The notes below the pieces were generated by a model. The model saw only the letters and a program-made list of their open reading frames with translations, had not been told where the DNA came from and made no database searches. Below are positions 38,897 to 49,011 of a stretch of 64,000 nucleotides of DNA, in pieces. A program made the translations under genes and the position numbers. Origin of the DNA: Candidatus Amesbacteria bacterium (GTDB lineage: Bacteria; Patescibacteriota; Microgenomatia; CAZETR01; Amesbacteraceae); contig CAVTQH010000002.1 of NCBI GenBank assembly GCA_963736875.1, positions 69,294 through 133,293 on the forward strand. The letters run 5' to 3'. Position 1 is the first letter of the stretch. The number at the start of each line of letters is the position of its first letter.

Positions 38897-41782
38897 ATGC
38901 CGGAAAAAAAACTTAACAGCAAACAACTTGAAGCTGTCAATCATGGGGACGGCCCGCTTCTTATCATTGCCGGTGCTGGGACAGGTAAAACCACCGTGAT
39001 TACGGAACGGGTAAAACGCCTGATTACCGAAAAATTAGCCCAACCCGGGGAAATTCTCGGTCTGACTTTTACTGATAAAGCCGCCCGGGAAATGGAAGAC
39101 CGGATTGATATTGCGCTTCCCTATGGCTTTACCCAAATGTGGATTATGACCTTTCATTCTTTTTGCGATCGGATCCTTCGGGATGAAGGTCTCCACATAG
39201 GTTTGAATACCGGCTACAAGCTGATAACTGATACCGATGTTGTATCTTTATTTCGTCGTCATCTTTTTGATATGGATCTGGATTATTTTCGCCCTCTGGG
39301 TAATCCAAATAAATTTATCTCAGGTATGACACAGCATTTTAATCGCCTCCGCGATGAGGATATTTCTCCCGGACAATACCTTGACTGGACAAAATCTCAA
39401 CCCAAAAATCCTTCTTCACCCGAAGAGGTCCTGACCCAAAAAGAATACTCCGAACTGGCCCGGGTTTTTGATCAATATCAAAAGCTTAAGATTGAAGAAA
39501 ACGCCCTGGATTTTGCTGATCTGGTCTCTTATACCTTAAAACTTTTTCGTGAACGTTCCAATGTTTTAAAATATTATCAGCAGAAATTCAGGTATATTTT
39601 GGTTGATGAATATCAGGATACCAACTATGCCCAAAATCAATTAGTTAATCTTTTGGCGGGGAAACATCATAATTTGGCCGTAGTTGCCGATGACGACCAA
39701 TCCATTTATCGCTGGCGCGGAGCAGCTATCAGTAATGTTGTTCAATTTAAAACCACATATCCCAAAGCCAAACTTGTTGTTCTGACCCGAAACTATCGCA
39801 ACACCCAGGAAATTTTGGACACAGCTTACAGGCTGATTCAGTTTAATAATCCCGACCGTTTGGAGGTTAAAGAAAAAATTACTAAAAAACTGAAAGCTGC
39901 TTCATCCAAACCCGGTTACCCGGTAGAATTTTTGCATTTTGATCGGGTGGAAAACGAAGCAGACGGGGTAGCCAAAAAAATAAAATCTTTACTGGAGGAA
40001 AACCCGGGGCAATATTCTCCCAAAGATTTTGCTATTTTGGTTCGGGCCAACGCTCACGCTCATTCGTTTTCCCGCGGTCTGGACCGTTTGGGTATTCCGT
40101 ATCAATTTCTGGGACCTGGCCGTTTATTTGAGCAGTCGGAGGTCAAAGATCTGATTGCTTATCTTAAAATACTTCAGGATCCCGAAGATGACCAATCCCT
40201 TTTCCGGATCCTTTCAATGGAATATTTTGCCATTCCAGTCCGTGACCTGGTTACTATAAGTAATTATGCCCAAAAACACCAGATTTCTCTTTTTACAGCC
40301 TGTGAATCTCCGGATGATCTTGCTCTTCCCCGGGCCACCAACAATAAAATAAGCCGTGTTACCAGCATTATTAATAAACACCTTGCTTTAATTACCAAAG
40401 AGTCTGCAGGCCAGATTTTATTTTACTTTTTACAGGATGCGGGACTTTTGTCAGCTATTCTTTCTTACCGGACCCCGCTTGACGAACATAAAGCCGGAAA
40501 CATCACCAAATTTTTTAATAAATTAAAAAGCTTTGAAACGGAAAATAAAGACGCTTCCGTCACGGCGGTTTTAGACTGGATTGACCTTTCGTCTGAAGTG
40601 GGTGAGTCTCCTGCCGCCACCGACACCGACTGGACCCAAAACGATGCTGTAAATATTTTGACCATCCATTCTGCTAAAGGCCTTGAATTTCCGGTTGTTT
40701 TTCTGGTTAATCTGGTTTCTCAGCGTTTTCCCACCTCTGAAAAAAAAGAAGCAATTCCTCTCCCCCGGGAAATGATCAGGGAAATTCTTCCCGAAGGCGA
40801 CTATCACTTACAGGAAGAACGCCGCCTATTCTATGTGGGTATGACCAGAGCCCGCGAGCGGCTTTTTTTAACTGCGGCGGATTTTTACGGTGAAGGTAAA
40901 AGAATTAAAAAGACATCGCCTTTCGTGTCTGAAGCTCTTGGAGAGAAAACTATAAACGACCAACTTCCGGCAGCGGATCAAATATCTCTTCTGGATTGGA
41001 CCAAAAATAATTCAGCTCCAGCCCATCAAAAACCCATACCCATAACTGTAAGTTACTTAAGTTACTCTCAAATCCAGACTTTTTTGGACTGCCCGCTTCA
41101 TTACAAAGCAAAATATCTTCTCAAAATTTCTTCTCCGCCATCTGCCGCTTCCAGTTTTGGAAATACCATTCACAAAACGCTTAAAGATTACTTCATTTTG
41201 CTGCAACAGGGGGAAAAACCGGACATTCTGAAAATATTTGCCGGGGACTGGATTGCAGAAGGTTACCTCAACGCTAAGCACGCCAAATCTTATTTTCAAA
41301 AAGGAGAAAAGTATTTAAAAGAGTACTTAGAAAAAAATCCTGTAAAAACCCTGCCCCTGCGCCTGGAAGACTCTTTTACGGTTCCCATAGGTGAACTTAA
41401 AATCGGCGGAAAAATTGATAGGGTAGACCTTCTGCCTGACGGTATTTTGGAAATTATTGATTACAAAACAAGCACTAAACAATTAACCATAAAGCAGGCG
41501 GCGGTTGATTTACAGCTTTCCTTTTACGCCCTTGCCGCACACCTGATACCTTACCCGCCATATCACAGATCCCCGGATAAGATCAAACTCTCACTCTATT
41601 ATTTTGATACCCAGGAAAAAATCTCTGTTTTTCAGACACCGCAGCAGTTAAAAAAAGCCAGAGAGCAAATTATTGCTTATAAAGATCAAATTTTACACTC
41701 CGATTTTCACTGCAGCCGGGCCGGAATTTGCCAGGGTAAATGTGACTATCAAATTCTGTGCGATTTGGAAACGGAAAAATAA
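38897..41782 (+). CDS. UvrD/PcrA-family helicase fused to C-terminal PD-(D/E)XK nuclease (AdnAB/AddA-like)
   Basis: AGAGTGKT, DEYQD, DDDQSIYRWRGA, TIHSAKGLEF, EERRLFYVGMTRA; C-terminal SYSQI..F..CP, FGNTIH, GKIDRVD, IIDYKT, QL..Y, terminal Cys cluster. Confidence 0.92.
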   Translation: MPEKKLNSKQLEAVNHGDGPLLIIAGAGTGKTTVITERVKRLITEKLAQPGEILGLTFTDKAAREMEDRIDIALPYGFTQMWIMTFHSFCDRILRDEGLHIGLNTGYKLITDTDVVSLFRRHLFDMDLDYFRPLGNPNKFISGMTQHFNRLRDEDISPGQYLDWTKSQPKNPSSPEEVLTQKEYSELARVFDQYQKLKIEENALDFADLVSYTLKLFRERSNVLKYYQQKFRYILVDEYQDTNYAQNQLVNLLAGKHHNLAVVADDDQSIYRWRGAAISNVVQFKTTYPKAKLVVLTRNYRNTQEILDTAYRLIQFNNPDRLEVKEKITKKLKAASSKPGYPVEFLHFDRVENEADGVAKKIKSLLEENPGQYSPKDFAILVRANAHAHSFSRGLDRLGIPYQFLGPGRLFEQSEVKDLIAYLKILQDPEDDQSLFRILSMEYFAIPVRDLVTISNYAQKHQISLFTACESPDDLALPRATNNKISRVTSIINKHLALITKESAGQILFYFLQDAGLLSAILSYRTPLDEHKAGNITKFFNKLKSFETENKDASVTAVLDWIDLSSEVGESPAATDTDWTQNDAVNILTIHSAKGLEFPVVFLVNLVSQRFPTSEKKEAIPLPREMIREILPEGDYHLQEERRLFYVGMTRARERLFLTAADFYGEGKRIKKTSPFVSEALGEKTINDQLPAADQISLLDWTKNNSAPAHQKPIPITVSYLSYSQIQTFLDCPLHYKAKYLLKISSPPSAASSFGNTIHKTLKDYFILLQQGEKPDILKIFAGDWIAEGYLNAKHAKSYFQKGEKYLKEYLEKNPVKTLPLRLEDSFTVPIGELKIGGKIDRVDLLPDGILEIIDYKTSTKQLTIKQAAVDLQLSFYALAAHLIPYPPYHRSPDKIKLSLYYFDTQEKISVFQTPQQLKKAREQIIAYKDQILHSDFHCSRAGICQGKCDYQILCDLETEK

Positions 41783-41799
41783 CGGTTTATACTTAATAT

Positions 41800-42168
41800 G
41801 TGATCACTTTGTCAGGACAGCAATTGACGGGTGTAGATTGGATTACGGTTTCCCCGGCCATCCACCCCCTGCGGACATTGATTTTTTTCTTTCCCATACT
41901 CCTTTTTTCCTATTTTTCACTCCACTTTCTTCATAGGGTTAATTCCGGTTCCACAATTGTGGTTTACCCTTCTCATTTTTGGGATTCTTTTCAGATCATT
42001 TCCGGCAAATACCAGCTCACACCGGTACAGAAAAAACAGGGATTAATAAAAAGCTACAACAGCCCTCTGGCTTCTGCTTTACTGGGAATCTATATGTTCG
42101 CAGCCGCAGAACTTTTACTGATCCTGCTTTTTAAACAACCTGAATATTTCTTTTCCCCGATAATCTAA
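41800..42168 (+). CDS. Hypothetical membrane protein
   Basis: 122-aa ORF with two hydrophobic segments. Confidence 0.55.
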   Translation: MITLSGQQLTGVDWITVSPAIHPLRTLIFFFPILLFSYFSLHFLHRVNSGSTIVVYPSHFWDSFQIISGKYQLTPVQKKQGLIKSYNSPLASALLGIYMFAAAELLLILLFKQPEYFFSPII

Positions 42169-42989
42169 AACGGCCAGCGCCATTTTTCAAAAGAACCGGG
42201 AAATTCTGTCTCTTCCCCCCCAAAGCTTTTTTTAAAGTGCGAGAATCCCAGCCAGCTTTTATTTGGCCATCTGGCGTCATAAATCCCTTCAAAATCCCAT
42301 ATTTTACACCCTCTTTTTTTAGCTTCCTTCATTGCTTCCCAGACAATTAAATACGGCAGATTTAGAACTGTTCCCTCTTTTGTCGATCCGGCATAATAAT
42401 AAAAAGCGGTATCCCTGTGAATTAAAACCAAAGCTCCTGCCATATCGTTTACAGTTAAACAAAAAACATATTTACCGAAAGCTTTTATCAGAGATTCGTA
42501 TTCCTTCTTTTTCGGAATCCACAGACTTTTCCTTTTTGCTGACTGCTTCCAGATTTTATAGAAATCTCCGAATTTATTAAAGGAAATTGGATAATTGGAA
42601 ATTAGTAATTTTCTTATAATATATCTGGCATCTTTCTTAAAAGAGCTTAATATGTTTATCTTTTTTGATTTTAAATCTACTCTCAGGGTTTTTGTCCCCA
42701 AAAGGGGCCAGTTACTCACCCGGTATCCGGGTGGTCTCTGATCTTTCATAGGTTCTATCCTAACCATCATTACCCGGTTTTCCCTCAGAATATTTTCGAT
42801 ATTTTCCAGGAGGAAATCTTCGCCGGTTCTCTGCAATTTTGCTATTGCCACCGGTCCCAATTTTCTGATAAATATTTGTATTTTTGGCTGAACTCTCAGG
42901 GTTTTCCACCCGATACTCTCCATGTATTTCCCGTACTCCTCTGATTGTCTCAAATCTTCAACTACTTCAATTTTCTTAAGATTTTCCAC
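42165..42989 (-). CDS. FemABX-family peptidoglycan bridge-forming aminoacyltransferase
   Basis: LRQSEEYG, FKKDARYII, YYYAGS, WEAM..AKKRGCKIWDFEG, GFSHFKKSFGG. Confidence 0.85.
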   Translation of the reverse strand: MENLKKIEVVEDLRQSEEYGKYMESIGWKTLRVQPKIQIFIRKLGPVAIAKLQRTGEDFLLENIENILRENRVMMVRIEPMKDQRPPGYRVSNWPLLGTKTLRVDLKSKKINILSSFKKDARYIIRKLLISNYPISFNKFGDFYKIWKQSAKRKSLWIPKKKEYESLIKAFGKYVFCLTVNDMAGALVLIHRDTAFYYYAGSTKEGTVLNLPYLIVWEAMKEAKKRGCKIWDFEGIYDARWPNKSWLGFSHFKKSFGGEETEFPGSFEKWRWPF

Positions 42990-43878
42990 CTTATTCCCTC
43001 CGCTGCTCTGAATAAAGGATAAAACCCGGTATTTACCGGTAGATCGTACGATCCGATAAGTTCGATCGTCTTTCCCCCAAATTGTTCTTTAAACCGGCTG
43101 AAACCTTTTCCCTCTTCCGCCCCCCACAGATCCAAAAATTTACATCCTTGGTTTTTTCCCCATTTGGCGACTTCCCAAAGCAACACTGTCGGCGCCATGA
43201 CTTCTTTGTGCTCCAGTGCCGACGCCCCGTAGGCGTAATAAATTCCTTCTTTAAACTTAAATATAATACTTGCAGCAATAATATCCTTCTCATATTCCGC
43301 CACAAATAAATGGGCAACATCACCTTTTAAACTGTTCCACATTAATCGGTGATAATCTCTGCCGTGAGAGTAAATTTTTTGTCTTTTTGCGGTTCCGGAA
43401 AACATTAAATCCAAATATTTTTCAAAAGTCTCCGGCAGAGTCGTATTCCCTGACGGTTACCCCGTGCTTTTGGGCAATTTTTATATTGTACCTGCCTTTT
43501 GGATGCATCTTCTTTAATAACTCCTCTTCAGTAAGTGTCAGGTCCAGAATGAAAGTCTTGGTTTTGAAAAGAGGCCTGCCCTCTCTCAGTCTCTTACTCA
43601 ATTTTTAAATTGTCTTTTTTTAATACATTTGGCTCGAGTCTGATCCCTATCGCACCCATTTTTATTCCTTCAGCCTCAAGCGCTTTAAAATCCTTTTCCT
43701 CCGGCCATTTTCCCATGGGAATATATCCGAAACACCACGGGGTGTATTTTATTTTCGTCCACACGACAAGCATTCCGTTCACCCGGGAAATTGGTTGCCT
43801 TTGTTTTCTAAATTCCCCCCACTCCCAGCTCTGCAGCGGATGAGTCACTCCCTGATTCCAATTTTCAGCCTCGCTCAT
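42962..43878 (-). CDS. FemABX-family protein (two frameshifts, near 43600 and 43430)
   Basis: HPLQSWEWGEF...RLEP / KMHPKGRYNIKIAQKHGV / YYAYGAS...DLWG...GFSRFKEQFGG. Confidence 0.85.
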
Positions 43879-43915
43879 ATCGTTTATTTTACCCTTTACT
43901 TTTACTATTCACTAT

Positions 43916-45803
43916 TCATTCTTCCGGTTTCCACCTCCAGTTGCCATTACTGTCAAACCCCCAGTCACTGGCAACTGCCCTTCCGAAACCTTTGATTATG
44001 GAGGACTTTTTCCGGCTGCTTTCAATTAAATCCTCCGGGATATCCGCTAAAAATCTTGACACCATATTACTGCTTCTTTGCCCGAAAAACAGTCTTCTGG
44101 TGGCATATGTTAAGTACAGCTTATCCTTAGCCCTGGTTATTCCCACATAGCATAACCTCCTTTCCTCCTCCAGTTCTTCCGAATTCATTAATACCCGGGA
44201 GTGGGGAAATAATCCTTCCTCCATTCCCACGACGAATACTGTCTTAAATTCCAACCCCTTAGCCGCATGTAAGGTCATCAGAGTTACCGCCCCCAAAGCG
44301 TCACTGGATTCCTGACGTAACCGATTTTTACCCTCCCTTTCCGTCAAGGCTATCTGTTCCAGAAAATCAATCAAATCGGGATACTCGGTTGCCACGCTTC
44401 TTAATTCCTTAATATTCTCGAGCCGCATGGCCTCTTCTTCATTTAACGGATCATACTGGTCCAGATAATTAGTCTCTCTTAAAACATCATCCAGGATTAT
44501 TAATGTATCTGTTCTTAAATCCAAATCCTTAAACTTTAAATCAAATTTATGTAATTTTGTTTTCCCGATTTTTTCAGCCCTTTTTCTGGATATTTCATCT
44601 TCGGGATTGACCAGTAACTTCAAATAAGCCAGCACGTCTTTAATTTCTTTCCGTTCATAAAATCTCACCCCCCCCACCAGTTTGTAGGGAATACCGGCGT
44701 GCAGCATTGCTTCTTCCAGCACTCTTGACTGCGCATTTGTCCGGTATAAAACTGCGGCATCGGAATATTTTTCCCCGCTGTTTTCCATATTCCGGATACT
44801 ATCTACTACAAACCGGGCTTCATCCAGCTCACTTTCGGCTTCATAAACCGTCAGCAGGTCTCCCATTGCCTTTTCCGTCCACAATTTTAAAATCGGGTGA
44901 TTTTTATTTTTTGAAATGATATTATTGGCTGCTCTCAGAATATTTTGGGTCGACCGGTAATTTTGCTCCAATTGGATTACTTTCAAATCGGGAAAATCGC
45001 GTTTTAAATAATGCAGGTTTCGGTAGTCGGCTCCCCTCCATGAATAAATCGCCTGGGCGGCATCTCCCACCACAGTCAGTCTTCGATGACCAAAGGCCAT
45101 CATTTTGGTAATTTCATACTGTGCCTTGTTGGTATCCTGATATTCGTCGACCAGAATATACTGATATAAATTATGTAGTATTTTCAGCACTTCGGGCATC
45201 TCCTGTAATAAACGAACTGTCATCACCAGCAAATCATCAAAATCCAGGGCATTGTATTTTCTGAGTAATGTTTGATAAGTTGCATATACTCTGGCCACCG
45301 TCCGGGAAAAATTACCCCTGGCAAAACCGGCATATTCAGCCGCTCCGATTAAATTATTTTTGGCTTCGGATATTGCTCCCAACACCGAAGCCGGTCTGAC
45401 AGATTTGGGATCAATTCCCAAAATTGACATTGCCTGTTTGACCACATCTATTTGGTCTGCCTCGTCAAAGATTACAAATCTTTCGGAAATTCCAATATTG
45501 TTCCCCATATCTTCTTAGATACCTGGCACAAAAACTATGAAATGTACCTCCGGTAACCGTTTCGTCAGATTTTCCTATCAATTTACGGACTCTCCTGAGC
45601 ATTTCTTCCGACGCTTTATTGGTAAAAGTCAGAAGCAAAATATTTCTTGGATTTACCCCCTGGCTTTTTATTAAATATGCTACCCTGTGGGTCAGAATCC
45701 GGGTTTTACCGCTTCCTGCTCCTGCCAGTATCAGGAGTGGTTTTGAGGTGTCATAAGAAACCGCTTCTTGTTGAATGGGATTGAGTTCGGATAAAATCTC
45801 CAT
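43916..45803 (-). CDS. pcrA: ATP-dependent DNA helicase PcrA/UvrD (one frameshift near 45505)
   Basis: LAGAGSGKT, TFTNKA, TFHS (45465-45803); DEYQD, QAIYSWRGA, NYRST, YRTNAQSR, TLHAAKGLEF, EERRLCYVGITRA. Confidence 0.94.
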
Positions 45804-45819
45804 GATACTTATTAACTAT

Positions 45820-46872
45820 ATGCAGATTAACAAAATCCGCCACATTTACAACCGGATTCGCCGCCAGCTTCTTTCCCATGTGTTTCTGGCCAGAGTTATT
45901 CTTATCCTTACAGTTATATCCGTCTTTATCATCGCCGGATTAATCTTTCGCCTCCCTCTTCAGAAAGCTGCATCGGGATGGGGACTAATCACCGGTAAAT
46001 CCTTACCTCAGACAGCCGGTCGGACAAACCTGGTTCTTTTAGGTACGGGTGGTGAGGGACACACAGGATCGGATTTGACCGACACAATCATTTTTGTATC
46101 TATAAAGATTCAAACCGGTGAAACAACACTAATTTCTGTTCCCAGGGATCTTTGGATCCCCTCAATCCGGGCAAAAATAAATACGGCCTATTACTACGGT
46201 TACCAGAAACAGGCTACCGGCGGGGGGTTACTTCTGGCCAAATCTGCCGTATCGGAAGCTTTGAATCAACCGGTTCACTTTGCTGTCAAAATAGACTTCT
46301 CCACTTTTTCCCAAGCCATAGATTTATTGGGAGGAATAGATATTACAATAGACAGAAGTTTTGATGATTTTCAATACCCGATTGCCGGAAAAGAGAATGA
46401 TTCCTGTAGTGGCGATCCGGAATATAAGTGCCGCTATGAACATCTCCGTTTTGAAGCAGGCCTCCGGCATATGGATGGGGAAACTGCACTCAAATTTGTC
46501 CGATCCCGTCATTCTACGGACCCTGTTGAGGGTACTGATTTTGCCAGGGGACAACGCCAGGAAAAGGTTATTTCGGCTATTAAAGCCAAACTTACTTCAA
46601 TTGAAAATTTGAAAAACTCCAAAGTCTATCAGGAGCTTTACGATCTGGTGTCCCGTTCTGTAGTTACGGATATCGGACCTGATTATTATTCCGGTTTTTT
46701 GCGTCTGGGATTAAAAATGAGAAAACTTCCCTTCAAATCCTTCAGTCTCTCCGAACCGGATCAGCTGGAAAATCCTCCGATTTCTCCCAAATACGACAAC
46801 CAATGGGTTTTAATTCCCAAAGACAATGACCCTCAGACGGTCTTTAATTACGTTTCGTCACTTCTTCAGTAA
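45820..46872 (+). CDS. LytR-CpsA-Psr (LCP) family glycopolymer transferase
   Basis: TM, LTDTI, SVPRDLW, KINTAY, ALKFVRSRH, DFARGQRQ. Start likely ATG 45820. Confidence 0.93.
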   Translation: MQINKIRHIYNRIRRQLLSHVFLARVILILTVISVFIIAGLIFRLPLQKAASGWGLITGKSLPQTAGRTNLVLLGTGGEGHTGSDLTDTIIFVSIKIQTGETTLISVPRDLWIPSIRAKINTAYYYGYQKQATGGGLLLAKSAVSEALNQPVHFAVKIDFSTFSQAIDLLGGIDITIDRSFDDFQYPIAGKENDSCSGDPEYKCRYEHLRFEAGLRHMDGETALKFVRSRHSTDPVEGTDFARGQRQEKVISAIKAKLTSIENLKNSKVYQELYDLVSRSVVTDIGPDYYSGFLRLGLKMRKLPFKSFSLSEPDQLENPPISPKYDNQWVLIPKDNDPQTVFNYVSSLLQ

Positions 46873-48983
46873 TCACCGACCTTGTAAATTGTTGTTGTTC
46901 CCTGAGAAAAAACCGGTTTTCCCAATTGGGATATTTTCTCCTCATTCAGATTTATATATTTCTGCCTCTCCAGCTCTCCCACCACCACATATTCCACTTT
47001 ATATTTTTTTAAAAGCGCCTCTGTTTCAATAATATCAGGGGATTCATAAATATATTGGACTTCTCCTCCTCTGTCTCCGATCGGCTCATAACCGCCTCTC
47101 CACAGCCATTCATGTACCGCCCAGCCTGCAACTGTGGGTAGTCCGGTAAAAGCAGAGATTCTTTCATAATCGGTATAGCTGTCCCCGGCTGCCTCAAGGA
47201 TCACCGGTTGTTTTCCGTCCGGAATGTTTGTATTCAGCCAATTAATTGCCGCCATGTCATCCGGGTATTTATCCTCAAGCCATACCAGACCGTTTAATCC
47301 CTGATAGGTCTGTAATGAATTGAAGTATGATCTGACAGAAAAATAAGGGTATACCAAGACTAAAAATAACATAGGTACGGATGCTGCCACAAACATTTTA
47401 GTAATCAATCCCTTACCTTTTTTAATAATCAAATTCACCATGGTAAATCCGGAAACCATCGACATCAGAATAAACACCTGATAACCGAGCTTAAACATAG
47501 TATTACTTCTGAAATGTAAAGGGTAAATATCTTTAAAATAGAAAAACTCGGGGAAAATCACCAATAACAGGGAAAAACCCGACCAGATTAAAAGTGCGGG
47601 TTTATGGGGAGTTTTTGGGTCTGCCAGATAAGTTAAACCCAAACCGCAATATAAGAAAAATCCCCATAAAACAAACATCATCCATAAGGGGGATTTTTGG
47701 CATTTTTCCGGTTCTTCAAAAATAAGCGGACCGATTTTTGAACCGCTTAAACTGGCCGGAGGGCAATTCACCGCCACCCCTGAAACAAAAGGTTTAAAAG
47801 AGATGATAAAAGGAGTAATTATTATTAAGAAAGCACCGCCGGTAACTAAAACCTTCTGTATCAGATTTTTCCACCAATGCCGGCTGGTTACCGGTATCGG
47901 CCATTTATTAAACAGCAACAAACATCCGAGAAGTCCGATGTATATGGGTCCGTCCAGGGCATTTGTCATAAATGCCGTTCCTGCCACCGCTCCGTATAAA
48001 CCGTATTTCCATATTTCCTCCCTTTTCTCCTCCTCCTTAAACATCACGACCAGCAGGGCAATCAGAAGCAATGCGATTGGTATAGCCAGTACGTGGCCAT
48101 GAACGTCGGAGACAACAAACGAATACGACGGGAATTCGTGGATTGTATAAGGAATAAATCTGGTTGCATTCGGATACCAATAACTATTCCATCCCTCCAT
48201 AAATTTCTCACGGTCGGTTATGGGTGAAAATATTTTCCAGAAAGGCGGGGGATTATCCTCTCCCCAGTAACCTTTGGTAAAAGCATATATCGTATGTAAG
48301 TTTCCTGATAAAGTCACCAGAAGCGCAATAAACAGCGCCCCCAGTATTTTTTTGGAGCTTGATAACCCTGACAACAAATGCCTGCCGATCGAAAAACTCA
48401 TCGTAAACGTCAATGCAAACAATGTTGCCAGCATCAGATTGAATCCGTAAACAAGGTCAATCCCGGAAAATTTTGTGACTACAGCCATCATTAAATGGCC
48501 GAAGTAGTAGTAATTTATTGTGCTTCCGGAAAACCACATATCAGCCGGAGGGAAGTAACCTTCTCTTAAAATTGATCTGGTAAATCCGTAATCCATAAAT
48601 TTTTCCAAACCATTTATCGTCGGCTCATGAGCTTTTATATAAACCCAGAGCAGTAAACACGCTAAAAAGAATATTTCCTCTATCACCAGCACGGTCCAAT
48701 TTATTTTTACTTTATCCTTTATTCTTGCGTTAAGACCCAGCCATCCGATCGCTGATAACAAGGCAACCAGAATAAAAATTGACAGCCACCCGAATGGCAA
48801 TATCCGGAAACTTCCCAAAATCCATACACCGTAAGTAACCAGCAGAAGTCCTACGGCTTTGGCCAGCAAATATCCGTGGTTCTCCCACTTCTTAAACCAG
48901 ATTTTAGCAAACGGCCATCCGGCCCACCCGATAATCAGTAATATTGCCCACCACCTCAAGCTTAGTGTAAAGTCTGTCAACAC
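46866..48983 (-). CDS. DUF2298 (YYY) GT-C-like membrane protein
   Basis: EKFMDYG, PPADMWFSG..INYYYFG, TIHEFPSYSF...DVHGH, RSNTMFKLGYQ, TGLPTV.GW..HE.LWR. Confidence 0.88.
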   Translation of the reverse strand: MLTDFTLSLRWWAILLIIGWAGWPFAKIWFKKWENHGYLLAKAVGLLLVTYGVWILGSFRILPFGWLSIFILVALLSAIGWLGLNARIKDKVKINWTVLVIEEIFFLACLLLWVYIKAHEPTINGLEKFMDYGFTRSILREGYFPPADMWFSGSTINYYYFGHLMMAVVTKFSGIDLVYGFNLMLATLFALTFTMSFSIGRHLLSGLSSSKKILGALFIALLVTLSGNLHTIYAFTKGYWGEDNPPPFWKIFSPITDREKFMEGWNSYWYPNATRFIPYTIHEFPSYSFVVSDVHGHVLAIPIALLLIALLVVMFKEEEKREEIWKYGLYGAVAGTAFMTNALDGPIYIGLLGCLLLFNKWPIPVTSRHWWKNLIQKVLVTGGAFLIIITPFIISFKPFVSGVAVNCPPASLSGSKIGPLIFEEPEKCQKSPLWMMFVLWGFFLYCGLGLTYLADPKTPHKPALLIWSGFSLLLVIFPEFFYFKDIYPLHFRSNTMFKLGYQVFILMSMVSGFTMVNLIIKKGKGLITKMFVAASVPMLFLVLVYPYFSVRSYFNSLQTYQGLNGLVWLEDKYPDDMAAINWLNTNIPDGKQPVILEAAGDSYTDYERISAFTGLPTVAGWAVHEWLWRGGYEPIGDRGGEVQYIYESPDIIETEALLKKYKVEYVVVGELERQKYINLNEEKISQLGKPVFSQGTTTIYKVGDY

Positions 48984-49011
48984 ACAGCAATTATAATAGA
49001 ATTATACCCAT

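Noticed and set aside
38897-41782. Cas4-like domains as evidence of a CRISPR system
   Set aside because: No repeat-spacer array or cas1/cas2 seen anywhere in the window; these nuclease folds also occur in repair proteins.
10433-45803. Programmed frameshifting or genuine pseudogenes in tsaD, gmd, groEL, pcrA and others
   Set aside because: Essential genes with otherwise intact motifs and no common slippery site; sequencing error is more parsimonious.
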